From Bacteroidota bacterium (lineage in GTDB: Bacteria; Bacteroidota; Bacteroidia; Chitinophagales; BACL12), in assembly GCA_043727235.1 (NCBI GenBank), contig JAYSYX010000377.1, positions 1-61,337 of the forward strand: a stretch of 61,337 bases of DNA, read 5' to 3'. The notes below the pieces were generated by a model, which made no database searches, was not told the DNA's origin, and was given only the letters and a program-made list of their open reading frames with translations. Each line of letters starts with the position of its first letter. Within the stretch, counting starts at the first letter, position 1. Made by a program: the position numbers and the translations under genes. Positions 8,842-19,062 of this stretch are shown here, piece by piece.

Positions 8842-11364
8842 CTAATTTATAATTTCAATCAATTTATTTCCAATTTTTTCTGTATCGCTTATTTTAATGA
8901 TATAATTTCCCGGAATTAAATGTGAAATATTAATTTGCATTGATTCCTGTTGTGATATATTGGATTGCAGGAATACCGTTTTACCTAAAATATCAACTAT
9001 CTGCACAGTTCCGTTTTTCAACGGACTGCCAAATATGATATTCAGATTGTCGCTTGCGGGATTTGGATATACCCCAAAATCAAGTGCAGCTGATCCTTCA
9101 TGTAAAATAACAATACTTCGCGCTTTACTTTTCAGGCATCCGTTTCCGTATTCCATATAATTTTTTACCGTATACGAACCTGAGGTTGCATAATAATGCG
9201 TGTCTGGTAAATAATCTTCAGAGGAGGTTCCGTCACCAAAGGTCCAATAGGTGTCGGAATATGCCCCGCTTATGGTATAATCAATAATGTTAACACTATG
9301 TAATGGAATTCCCGGTACAAGATGAAAATCGGAAACGGGTGTATTTCCGGAATTGATATAAATAGATTTTGTATTAAAAGCTATCTGTTTTCCAGTGAGC
9401 AAATCAGTAACTTCCAGATAGAACATGATCTTGCTATTAGATGTAAAAATTGCTGCAGGAATTGTAGCAGTGTTAAAAGTGTATGACTTACCATAAAATA
9501 CTGCAGCGGTTAAATTATTAGTCCATTTAAATTGATAATTAATTAATGCAGCACCGGTAATTAAATTCCCTATCTCTGAAAACAAGGAACTGTTCAATTT
9601 AAATGAAGTGGAATTATTGAGGAAACAAGGCAAAGTTTTGTTGGTAATTTGAACAGACATGGGATTTTGTAAGTAGAGGTCACCACCAATAATAAATTCT
9701 GAAAGGAAATCTATAACCGGAGCGTAGTTGGGATCGGCGATGAGGTTATTCCATTCGTTAGGGTCTACCTCGCGATGAATACCAATTTCATATAATTCTT
9801 CTTCATAATAATTTTCCGTAGAGTCACAAATATTTGGTGCAAATGCTCCCCCATTATTTTTTTGGTAGCGTATATAATGAAATCTTTCATTACGAATGGA
9901 ATAATGTGGAAAACAGGATCCAATTCCCATGATTTTCTTAGTGGAATTTACAGATACATTATCATTTTCCATTGCCGTATTATTAAGCAAGGGTAAAATA
10001 CTATGTCCGTCAAGATATGGAGAGCCATCAGCAAAATGCGGATATTCAACATCGGCCAGATCAAGTATGGTAGGATACAGATCAAGGAGAGAAACTACAT
10101 TATTGCATATTTGATTTCCCGGTCTTGAGGGGTCGGCAATGATAAATGGAATTCTCTCATCTGTTTCCCATAGAGACCATTTTGTCCAATGCCTTTTTTC
10201 ACCGAGCGAGTACCCATGATCGCTCACCAAAACAATGATCGTATTTTCGGCTAGATCAGGGTAGGTGTTTAGAGCATCCATAATACGACCAACTTGAGCG
10301 TCTATAAATTGGACAGCCGCAATATAATTGGATACGATATTTGCAGAAATTGTCTGAAAAATAATTTCCTCTCTTTCTGCTTCTGTTAATAGTGGATCTA
10401 TTTCAGGAAGATATGCAAATGAATTTATTAAGTTATTGATTTGATAGTAAATATTCCCAACATTTGCCATAGCTGCACCAATGCCATTTAAAGGCAAAGT
10501 ATAATAATCATTATAAATAGGGTCAGGTTGAGGTGGCATTACTATTCCATTATAAGGAAAGGCATTGTACGGAACATTATATGGAATACTAAAAGGAACC
10601 TCATAAATATCATTCACATAATAAGGTAAATAATATTTTTCCGGAATAAATCTTTCGGAATGGGGTCTATTATATCCTATTGTTAAAAAGAAAGGATTAT
10701 CGCAAGTATTTGCTGTTCCATTCGCATAATCGTAAATAAATTGAATTGCCGTATCAGTTGCAATATAATCCTGCATGTAGGGCTCTAAAGAATCCGGTAT
10801 CACGCCATAATCGAAATATCCGAAATCTTTATAAGCGTTGGTTAATAATGTAAATTCATCAGACTCCTCGAAATATTTCATATTATTCCAGGAAAGATCT
10901 TTACTACAATTATCATCTGTATCCTTATCGTAATCATTTTGAGTGGGGCTGTGAAAAACCTTATTTATTGCATACGTAAAATATCCGCCTGAATCTTTTA
11001 AGATCTCGGGTAGGGTAAATACTTCCTCATTTCCTTTAGCAGCAGTAAAATTATTTCTGAATTCACCAATATAGTCCTCATTACTAAGTACTTGTGTATA
11101 GAGTGGATCTTTACCGGATAAAAAACTGGTGCGGCTTGGTGCACAACCGGACGCGTTTGAAAATCCATTTAAAAAGGAAATTCCATTTGCTGCAATGCTA
11201 TCCATTGCCGGAGTTTGGACCTGAGGATGACCTTTGAAAGTTCCGACATAATCATTGAGATCATCCACTATAATAAAAATAAAGTTTGGTTTTTCGGGAG
11301 CTACCTGAGCGGACAATAGCGTTGTAAAAAAAATATTAATAAGAAGAAAATATTTGAAATTCAT
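8842..11364 (-). CDS. Array member S4: secreted IDS-like sulfatase + beta module + PKD + T9SS CTD
   Basis: 840-aa ORF with a signal peptide. Motifs: VDDLNDY, GCAPSRTSFLSGK, NKVFH, NRPH, SDHGYSLGEKRHWTK, NYQFKWTNNLT..FYLEVTDLLTG, YWTFGDGTSSEDYLPDTH, VYPNPASDNLNI..GNYII. Confidence 0.9.
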   Translation of the reverse strand: MNFKYFLLINIFFTTLLSAQVAPEKPNFIFIIVDDLNDYVGTFKGHPQVQTPAMDSIAANGISFLNGFSNASGCAPSRTSFLSGKDPLYTQVLSNEDYIGEFRNNFTAAKGNEEVFTLPEILKDSGGYFTYAINKVFHSPTQNDYDKDTDDNCSKDLSWNNMKYFEESDEFTLLTNAYKDFGYFDYGVIPDSLEPYMQDYIATDTAIQFIYDYANGTANTCDNPFFLTIGYNRPHSERFIPEKYYLPYYVNDIYEVPFSIPYNVPYNAFPYNGIVMPPQPDPIYNDYYTLPLNGIGAAMANVGNIYYQINNLINSFAYLPEIDPLLTEAEREEIIFQTISANIVSNYIAAVQFIDAQVGRIMDALNTYPDLAENTIIVLVSDHGYSLGEKRHWTKWSLWETDERIPFIIADPSRPGNQICNNVVSLLDLYPTILDLADVEYPHFADGSPYLDGHSILPLLNNTAMENDNVSVNSTKKIMGIGSCFPHYSIRNERFHYIRYQKNNGGAFAPNICDSTENYYEEELYEIGIHREVDPNEWNNLIADPNYAPVIDFLSEFIIGGDLYLQNPMSVQITNKTLPCFLNNSTSFKLNSSLFSEIGNLITGAALINYQFKWTNNLTAAVFYGKSYTFNTATIPAAIFTSNSKIMFYLEVTDLLTGKQIAFNTKSIYINSGNTPVSDFHLVPGIPLHSVNIIDYTISGAYSDTYWTFGDGTSSEDYLPDTHYYATSGSYTVKNYMEYGNGCLKSKARSIVILHEGSAALDFGVYPNPASDNLNIIFGSPLKNGTVQIVDILGKTVFLQSNISQQESMQINISHLIPGNYIIKISDTEKIGNKLIEIIN

Positions 11365-11408
11365 GATGGGGTATTTAGTGTTTTGATATGCATTTAGGAT
11401 GAGGCTGT

Positions 11409-13931
11409 TTATCTGATTATTTCAAACTTTTCGCTTATAGAATGTTCTCCAAAGTTGAGCACCAGTATGTAAATTCCGGATGGTAAAGATGAAGTATTTA
11501 TCTCAATATTTGCTTGTTTTGCTTTAATCTTTTGGGTTAAAACAATCTCACCGGTAATATTTACGATATTGAAATTTTCAATTTCTACTTCCTCGCTAAA
11601 CTCAACATGTATTTTGTTTGCACCCGGATTTGGAAATAGTTCAAAACGTAAATCAGGTTCTCCTTCTTTAAATACAGTGGCAATTTGTGCTTTATTTTTG
11701 GTACATCCATTGCCATATTCAATGTAATTTCGGACGGTATACGATCCCACAGTTGGGTAAATATGGGTATCGGGTAAAAATTCTTCTGAGCTGGTGCCAT
11801 CACCGAACTTCCACCAGGTATCGGTATAACTTCCGGAAATAGTATAATCAATAATATTTATGCTATGCAATGGCGCAGCCGGAATTAAATTGAAGTTAGA
11901 GACGGGAGTATTTGCAGAATTGATATAGATCGTTTTCGTATTAAAAGCAGCTTTTTGACCAGAGGTTAAATCAGTAACCTCTAAATAAAAGAGGATCTTA
12001 TCATTTGCAGAAAATACAGCTGCAGGAATAGTTGCTGTATTAAATGGATAATACTTGCCATAATAAATTGCTCCTGTTAAATTGTTTGTCCATTTGAATT
12101 GATAATTTACAAGAGCAGCCCCAGTAATCACTATTCCGTGTTCCGAATATAAAGTGGAAAAGAGTTTAAATGTGGTATGGTCATTTAAAAAACAGGCTAA
12201 AGTTTTTGTCGTGATTACTGCAGTATGTACTTTTTGTAAATACAAGGAGCTATCTGGTAAAAATTCATCCAGATAATCCAATACCGGTGCATAATCCGGA
12301 TCAGCTATTAAATTATTCCATTCGTTGGGGTCGGTTTCACGGTCAACGCCGATTTCATATAACTCTTCCTCGATATAGCTGTTTGCTTCATCGCAATATA
12401 AGTCACCGCCACCATTGGATTGATAACGTATATAATGAAATCTTTCATCGCGAACGGAATATTGAGGAAAACAATGCGCTTCCTGGTCATCCAATTTTTT
12501 TTCAGCCGTCAACACCGGTCTTGTCCAAATTGTATCAGGATCAATTAATAAAGGTGCCAGACTATGCCCGTCTAAATAATCGGAATTGTCGGCAAAAAGC
12601 GGGTAATTAATTTCTGCAAAATCGCATATTGTTGGAAACAGATCCAATAAACTTACTGTCCTATTGCAAATTTGTGGAACAGGGTCACGGAAATCGGAAA
12701 TAATCAAAGGAATTCTGATATCGGTTTCCCACATTGCATATTTTTCCCAATGTCTTTTTTCTCCGAGAGAGTATCCATTGTCACCTATAAATATGATAAT
12801 GGTATTATTTAAAATTTCAGGGTGGCTTAAAAGATTTTCATATAATCGGCCCAACTGCGCATCTATATATTTTACGGCTGCAAGATATGCCATAACAGCA
12901 TTTGCTCTTTTACTCCAGGAAAGTATCTCGATTTTTTGCTCCTCACTTAATCCGGGTTGAATTTCAGGATAGGGTGAAAGTGTATTTATTACCCAATTAA
13001 TAAAAGCAGAATCTTTAGCTCCTGCCATGACCCTGGCAATTCCATTTGCGGGCAGACTGTCGATATCAGCGAAGGGAATATCGGGTTGAGGTGGCATTAT
13101 TATTCCGTTTGACGGGTCAGCGTTTGCCGGTACATTGTATGGAATATCAAAAGGGTCGGTGCTGAAATTATCTATATAATCATTCAAGAAATATTTTTCT
13201 GGAATGTATTGATTTTTATGGGGTGTATTTAATCCCAGTGCAAGAAAAAAGGGTTTATTGCAAATCACATCACCACCAGCTCCAATTTGATCAATAAAAG
13301 AAATTGCGCTATCAACGGCAATATAATCGTCAAGATAAGGTTCAAGGGTATCATTAATTTTACCAAACTGGTAGCCGGCTACTCCTTCATCCACATCATT
13401 AAAAATAGGAGTCAGAGTGGAATCATCTTCAAAGTAAAAATATCTGTTCCAGGCCAAAGTTTTTTCACAAGCATTTTCCGTTTCCTCATCATATTCAACA
13501 TAATTAACCGGGCAATGAAATACTTTGTTGATATTATAAGTAAAATAGTTTGCGTTATCTTTCAAATATTGAGGAATAGTAAAATATTCTTCATTGTTTA
13601 ATGCCGGTTTGAAATTTAGTCCAAAATCAATACATTTAAGTTTGGAATTTGAATACACTTGTGTATAATACAAATCTTTTCCGGTTAAAAAACTGGTGCG
13701 TGACGGACCACAAAGTGCGGAGGAGGCAAATGCATTTGTGAATAATGTTCCGCTTTCTGCTATTAAATTTATATTCGGGGTTTCGATATTGGATATTGTA
13801 TGCAGCGGTTCAATATAATCGTTGAGATCGTCGGAAACAATTAAAATTATATTTGGTTTAACAGGAGCAACCTGTGAAGAAACTTTTAAAGTGAGTAAAC
13901 AACACAATAATAAATAAAAGATATTTTTCAT
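11409..13931 (-). CDS. Array member S5: secreted IDS-like sulfatase + beta module + PKD + T9SS CTD
   Basis: 840-aa ORF with a signal peptide. Motifs: SDDLNDY, LCGPSRTSFLTGK, NKVFH, NTPH, GDNGYSLGEKRHWEK, NYQFKWTNNLT..FYLEVTDLTSG, WWKFGDGTSSEEFLPDTH, LFPNPGANKIHV..GIYIL. Confidence 0.9.
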   Translation of the reverse strand: MKNIFYLLLCCLLTLKVSSQVAPVKPNIILIVSDDLNDYIEPLHTISNIETPNINLIAESGTLFTNAFASSALCGPSRTSFLTGKDLYYTQVYSNSKLKCIDFGLNFKPALNNEEYFTIPQYLKDNANYFTYNINKVFHCPVNYVEYDEETENACEKTLAWNRYFYFEDDSTLTPIFNDVDEGVAGYQFGKINDTLEPYLDDYIAVDSAISFIDQIGAGGDVICNKPFFLALGLNTPHKNQYIPEKYFLNDYIDNFSTDPFDIPYNVPANADPSNGIIMPPQPDIPFADIDSLPANGIARVMAGAKDSAFINWVINTLSPYPEIQPGLSEEQKIEILSWSKRANAVMAYLAAVKYIDAQLGRLYENLLSHPEILNNTIIIFIGDNGYSLGEKRHWEKYAMWETDIRIPLIISDFRDPVPQICNRTVSLLDLFPTICDFAEINYPLFADNSDYLDGHSLAPLLIDPDTIWTRPVLTAEKKLDDQEAHCFPQYSVRDERFHYIRYQSNGGGDLYCDEANSYIEEELYEIGVDRETDPNEWNNLIADPDYAPVLDYLDEFLPDSSLYLQKVHTAVITTKTLACFLNDHTTFKLFSTLYSEHGIVITGAALVNYQFKWTNNLTGAIYYGKYYPFNTATIPAAVFSANDKILFYLEVTDLTSGQKAAFNTKTIYINSANTPVSNFNLIPAAPLHSINIIDYTISGSYTDTWWKFGDGTSSEEFLPDTHIYPTVGSYTVRNYIEYGNGCTKNKAQIATVFKEGEPDLRFELFPNPGANKIHVEFSEEVEIENFNIVNITGEIVLTQKIKAKQANIEINTSSLPSGIYILVLNFGEHSISEKFEIIR

Positions 13932-13968
13932 ATTAAAAGTTTAACCTTTATATGCTATTTATAAAACC

Positions 13969-16488
13969 TTATCTTATGATGTCAAATTTTTTATTCCATA
14001 ATTTGTTTTCGGTATTAATATTAATGATATATGTTCCTGCGGGCAAGGATGTTGTATTTATATGAAGCAGGGTTTCCCTGGCATCAAGGTTTTGACTTAG
14101 AACTACTTCTCCGAGTATATTAATAATTTGCAAATTACCGTCTGCTGTTTGTTCTTCTAATTTCACCTGTATATAATTGTTTGCAGGATTTGGGTAAAGC
14201 GTAAAACCGGACTCTATTGTTCCTGCATGAAAGATCATAAGGGAATGTGCCTTACTTTTTGTACATCCATTTCCATATTCAATATAATTTTTTACAATAT
14301 ATCCACCTGCGGCCGGATAATAATGTGTATCAGGCATAAATTCCTCAGAGGAAGTTCCATCACCAAAGGTCCAGTAGGTATTTCTATAACTTCCAGATAT
14401 CGTATAATCTGTGATATTTACACTATGTGGAATTACTCCATTAATGAGTGCAAAGTCGGAGGTTGGAGTATTTGCGACGTTTATATAAATTGTTTTAGTA
14501 TTAAAGGCAACCATCTGCCCCGAGGTAAGATCAGTAATTTCAAGATAAAAAAGTATTTTTTCATTTGCCGCAAATTCTGCTGTGGGAATTGTTGCAGTAT
14601 TAAAAATATAGTTTTTACCGAAATAAATTGCCGGTGTTAAATTATTTGTCCATTTGAATTGGTAATTTGTTAATTCTGCGCCTGCAATCAAAGCGCCGTC
14701 ATCAGAAAATAAAGTGGAGTTTAATTTCAGAAAAGTATGGTCATTAATAAAACAAGGTAATGTTTTTGTAGAAATTCTAACCTCAAATGCTTTTTGAAGA
14801 TACATGGATCCTTCCGGTAAAAATTCTTTCAGATAATTTATTACAGGAATATAGTCATCATTACTGATAAGATTATTCCATTCGTTTGGATCTGTTTCGC
14901 GGTTTATACCAATTTCGTAAAATTCTTCTTCAAAATAACTGCTCGCCTCGTCGCATACAAACCCTACGCCACCATTGGATTGGTATCTTATGTAATGATA
15001 TTTTTCGTCTCTAACGGAATATTGTGGAAAACAGGAACCCTCTGTGCCGTATTCTTTTTTTACAGTAGACAAAACGGGACAAATCCAACTCATTTCCGTA
15101 TTATTTAACAACGGTAATAAACTTTGACCATCAAGATAATTTGTACCATCAGAAAATACAGGATGTTCCACATCAGCAATGTCGCAAATTGTAGGAAATA
15201 GGTCAAGGAGATTTACTGTTCGGTGGCATGTTTGTTCAACGGGACTGCGCAGATCAGAAATAATCATTGGAACTCTCTCATCTGTTTCCCACAGTGCTCT
15301 TTTTCCCCAATGTTTTTTTTCACTTAAACTAAATCCATTATCACTGATAAATATGATCACGGTATTATTATAAAGGGCAGGATAATTTTCAAGACTATCT
15401 AAAAGCCTTCCGATTTGCGCATCTATATATTTAACCGCTGCCATATAGGCAATTGTTAAATTGGCTCTTTTTGACCATGCTAAAATCTCGAGTCGTTCCT
15501 CATCAGTTAATAATGGATCGATAGTAGGTAATGGGTCAAGGTTGGTGGCCCAAATTTCAAATTTATCATCAGCACCGGCTACCATGCTCTGTGCTAAACC
15601 GCCTGCAGGTAAATTAAAATAATCGGAAAATGGCACTTCAGGTTGTGGCGCCATTACAACTCCGTTTGTGGGATATGCATTGTTGGGATCATTATAGGAA
15701 ATATTGTAGGGTTCCAAATAAAAATCTTTTATATAATCACCTGCAAAATATTTTTCAGGAATATATACCGGTTTATGTGGTTTCTTTAATCCGAGTGCGA
15801 TAAAAAAAGGTTTATGACACGCTATATCCTCACCGGCAGCAACCTGCTGAATAAACTTTATTGTGGAATCAACTGCTATGTAATCCATCATGTAGGGTTC
15901 CAGGGTATCGTTGATCGCCGACCATTCGTTTCCTGCTAATCCCTCTTCCACAACAACAGTAATGGGTGAAATTACTCCCGTATCATTATATGCAAATATT
16001 TTATTCCAGGAAAGAGATTTAGCACAGCCATCCGGAGTTTCATCATCATATTCCTGCAAATTTTCGTAACAATGAAAAATTTTATTTAGGGAATAAGTAA
16101 AATATCCTGCGCTATCTTTCAGGTAACCCGGAATAGTAAAATATTCTTCATTTCCGTTTATTATTGAAAATATCTGGCTGAAATTGCCGCATTTATATCC
16201 TACAGCGCTGTATATTTTTGTATAATCAGCGCCTTTGCCGGTTAAAAATGCAGTTCGGGAAGGGCAACACAAGGGACTGGAGCAAAAGGCATTAGTAAAT
16301 AATGTTCCATTATCGGCGATGCGACTAATATTTGGTGTGGTTATTTGTGAATTTCCATTAAGGTCTTCAATATAATCGTTAAGATCATCAGCTACAATGA
16401 AAATTATATTCGGTTTTTCGGGTGTTACTTGTGCTTGTAATTTTATTGGAAAAATTAAACACAATACAAATAAGTATTTCAGATGCAT
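13969..16488 (-). CDS. Array member S6: secreted IDS-like sulfatase + beta module + PKD + T9SS CTD
   Basis: 839-aa ORF with a signal peptide. Motifs: ADDLNDY, LCCPSRTAFLTGK, NKIFH, KKPH, SDNGFSLSEKKHWGK, NYQFKWTNNLT..FYLEITDLTSG, YWTFGDGTSSEEFMPDTH, LYPNPANNYIQV..GTYII. Confidence 0.9.
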   Translation of the reverse strand: MHLKYLFVLCLIFPIKLQAQVTPEKPNIIFIVADDLNDYIEDLNGNSQITTPNISRIADNGTLFTNAFCSSPLCCPSRTAFLTGKGADYTKIYSAVGYKCGNFSQIFSIINGNEEYFTIPGYLKDSAGYFTYSLNKIFHCYENLQEYDDETPDGCAKSLSWNKIFAYNDTGVISPITVVVEEGLAGNEWSAINDTLEPYMMDYIAVDSTIKFIQQVAAGEDIACHKPFFIALGLKKPHKPVYIPEKYFAGDYIKDFYLEPYNISYNDPNNAYPTNGVVMAPQPEVPFSDYFNLPAGGLAQSMVAGADDKFEIWATNLDPLPTIDPLLTDEERLEILAWSKRANLTIAYMAAVKYIDAQIGRLLDSLENYPALYNNTVIIFISDNGFSLSEKKHWGKRALWETDERVPMIISDLRSPVEQTCHRTVNLLDLFPTICDIADVEHPVFSDGTNYLDGQSLLPLLNNTEMSWICPVLSTVKKEYGTEGSCFPQYSVRDEKYHYIRYQSNGGVGFVCDEASSYFEEEFYEIGINRETDPNEWNNLISNDDYIPVINYLKEFLPEGSMYLQKAFEVRISTKTLPCFINDHTFLKLNSTLFSDDGALIAGAELTNYQFKWTNNLTPAIYFGKNYIFNTATIPTAEFAANEKILFYLEITDLTSGQMVAFNTKTIYINVANTPTSDFALINGVIPHSVNITDYTISGSYRNTYWTFGDGTSSEEFMPDTHYYPAAGGYIVKNYIEYGNGCTKSKAHSLMIFHAGTIESGFTLYPNPANNYIQVKLEEQTADGNLQIINILGEVVLSQNLDARETLLHINTTSLPAGTYIININTENKLWNKKFDIIR

Positions 16489-16523
16489 GTCCGTGAAATT
16501 TGAGTTTCATAGGGATTATTTCA

Positions 16524-19040
16524 TCATTTCATTATTTCAAATTTTTTATTTCCGATAAAATTACCGGCATTTATTTTAATGATATAAGTGCCGGAAGGAA
16601 GTGCTGAAATATTAATTTGAATAATTTTATTTTGTGGAGTAATAGTTTGCGTTAAAACTACCTCGCCCAATATATTTACGATCTGTAATGTTCCATCTTC
16701 TTCAACATCCATCTCAACATTTAAAATATCGTCAACCGGATTCGGATAAATATTAAAATTTAAATAAGGCAACCCTTCTCGGGTAATGGTAATATTTTTC
16801 GCCTTGCTTTTAAGACAACCGTTACCATATTCAATATAATTTCTAATTGTATATGATCCAGGTGAAGTATAAAAATGAGTATCAGGTAGAAATTCTTCTG
16901 ATATGATACCGTCGCCAAATGTCCAATACGTATTAGTATAACTTCCTATAATATTATAGGAAACTATATCAGCACTGTTCAATACAGCATCTGTTACAAC
17001 ATTAAAAGTAGAGGATGGTGTATTTGCGCTGTTTATGGAAATGGTCTTTGTATTAAACGCAACCAACTGACCAGAAGTAAGATCAGTTACCTGGAGATAA
17101 AATATTATTTTATCGTTTGCAGCAAAAACAAGTGCAGGTATGGATGCCGTATTAAAGGTATAATTGCGACCATAAAAAATAGCTGCTGTTAAATTGTTTG
17201 TCCATTTGAACTGATAATTTGATAAAGCAGCGCCGGTAATTGCAGTTCCGTTATCTGAATATAAAAAGGATGATATTTTAACGCTGGTTGCATTACTTAA
17301 AAAACAAGGCAATGTTTTTGTGGATGTTTGAACTGTATATGCTTTTTGCAGATACAATGAGCCATCGGGCATAAATTCTTCGAGGTAATCTATTATCGGG
17401 GCGTAATTTGGATCTGCTGCAAGATTATTCCATTCGTTTGGATCAATGTCGCGATCAATTCCGATTTCATATAATTCTTCCTCGTAATAGACACTGTCGT
17501 AATCACAAATTGTAATACCAAGATCACCATTATTGTTTTTTTGATAACGGATATAATGAAATCTTTCATTTCTTACAGAATAATGCGGGAAACATCCTCC
17601 TATTCCGGTAGTTCTTTTTGTTGTAGATAAGGTTGGGTTTTCAATCAATAGATCCGGGTTGTCGAGTAAAGGAACGATGCTATGCCCGTCAAGATAATCG
17701 CTGCCATCTGCAAAGGTTGGGTAAGCAACATCCGCTAAATCGCAGACAGTTGGGAAAATATCGATGAGAGATGTGGATCTTTTGCAGATCTGATTACCTG
17801 GTTTCGTGGGGTCAACAATAATAAATGGAATCCGGAGATCAGTTTCCCAAAGCGACCATTTTGTCCAGTGCCGTTTTTCCCCGAGTGAATATCCGTTATC
17901 GCTGATTAAAACAATAATAGTATTTTCAAGAATTTCAGGATATGCCTGAAGTGTATCCATTACTTTACCGATCATGGCATCTATATATTGTACAGCAGCT
18001 ACATAAGTTGCCGCCTCATTAGAAGCAGCGGTCTGCATAAGTATATCTGTTCTTTCTTCGTCGGTTAGACCGGCATCAATGACAGGCAGCGTTGGAAGGA
18101 AATCAATATATTCGAGAAGATCTTCATAACCTTGTCCGAAATCGGCTAACTTCTGTCCAACTCCCAGATCCGGTAATTGGTAATAATCGTTGTAAATAGG
18201 TTCAGGTTGGGGCGGAACCACATGACCATTATAAGGGAAGGCATTTGCCGGAGTATTATAAGGAGCCACAAAAGGTTCTTCATAAACATCACTCAGATAA
18301 TTGGGCTGATAATATTTTTGCGGAATATACCTGTCTGAATGAGGCCGGTTATATCCCAATGCTAAAAAGAAGGGTCTTTCGCATGTGTTAAAACTGCCGT
18401 TTGCATATTCATGCAAAAATTGAACTGCACTGTCGGTCATGATATAATCCTGTAATATATTTTCCAGCGAATCAGGTATCATACCCCAGTTGAAATTGCC
18501 GAAAGAATAGTTATCCAGCAGAGTTACGATGTCTAATGTTTCACTGAAATATTTCATTTTACTCCAGGATAGATCCTTTTCACAAAAATCAGGAGTTGAT
18601 TTATCGTAATCATTTGATGCTGCATTATGAAAAATCTTTTCCAGCGCGTAGGTATAATAACCACCTGAATCCTTTAATATTTCAGGCAGTGAAAAAACTT
18701 CTTCATTGCCTTTTACTGCAGTAAAGTTGCTCCTGAATTTACCTACATAATCTTCGTTATTGAACACTTTGGTATAGGCAACGTCTTTACCCGACAAAAA
18801 ACTTGTTCGTGATGGTGCGCAACCCGGCGAATTGCTATAAGCATTCAGAAAGGTTGTTCCGCTGGCTGCAAGTGCACTAATATTTGGCGTTTCAACCTGC
18901 GGCTGCCCATCAAAACCTTCTACATAATCGTTGAGATCGTCAATCACAATAAAAATAAAATTGGGTTTTACGGGAACAACTTGTGCCGAAAGTTGTAAAA
19001 TAGAAAAAATAAAAAGGAGAAAAGTAATTCGTATTTTCAT
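16524..19040 (-). CDS. Array member S7: secreted IDS-like sulfatase + beta module + PKD + T9SS CTD
   Basis: 838-aa ORF with a signal peptide. Motifs: IDDLNDY, GCAPSRTSFLSGK, EKIFH, NRPH, SDNGYSLGEKRHWTK, NYQFKWTNNLT..FYLQVTDLTSG, YWTFGDGIISEEFLPDTH, IYPNPVDDILNV..GTYII. Confidence 0.9.
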   Translation of the reverse strand: MKIRITFLLFIFSILQLSAQVVPVKPNFIFIVIDDLNDYVEGFDGQPQVETPNISALAASGTTFLNAYSNSPGCAPSRTSFLSGKDVAYTKVFNNEDYVGKFRSNFTAVKGNEEVFSLPEILKDSGGYYTYALEKIFHNAASNDYDKSTPDFCEKDLSWSKMKYFSETLDIVTLLDNYSFGNFNWGMIPDSLENILQDYIMTDSAVQFLHEYANGSFNTCERPFFLALGYNRPHSDRYIPQKYYQPNYLSDVYEEPFVAPYNTPANAFPYNGHVVPPQPEPIYNDYYQLPDLGVGQKLADFGQGYEDLLEYIDFLPTLPVIDAGLTDEERTDILMQTAASNEAATYVAAVQYIDAMIGKVMDTLQAYPEILENTIIVLISDNGYSLGEKRHWTKWSLWETDLRIPFIIVDPTKPGNQICKRSTSLIDIFPTVCDLADVAYPTFADGSDYLDGHSIVPLLDNPDLLIENPTLSTTKRTTGIGGCFPHYSVRNERFHYIRYQKNNNGDLGITICDYDSVYYEEELYEIGIDRDIDPNEWNNLAADPNYAPIIDYLEEFMPDGSLYLQKAYTVQTSTKTLPCFLSNATSVKISSFLYSDNGTAITGAALSNYQFKWTNNLTAAIFYGRNYTFNTASIPALVFAANDKIIFYLQVTDLTSGQLVAFNTKTISINSANTPSSTFNVVTDAVLNSADIVSYNIIGSYTNTYWTFGDGIISEEFLPDTHFYTSPGSYTIRNYIEYGNGCLKSKAKNITITREGLPYLNFNIYPNPVDDILNVEMDVEEDGTLQIVNILGEVVLTQTITPQNKIIQINISALPSGTYIIKINAGNFIGNKKFEIMK

Positions 19041-19062
19041 CTGATTTTTTTAAAAGTAGGCT

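Noticed and set aside
12287-12610. Plus-strand ORFs inside the sulfatase genes (for example 12287..12610, 12664..12960, 13287..13601, 14227..14640, 9929..10114, 23008..23247).
   Set aside because: Each lies entirely antisense to a long ORF with strong paralog and family conservation. Their translations are low-complexity, lack motifs and are not conserved between paralogs. They are typical chance ORFs.
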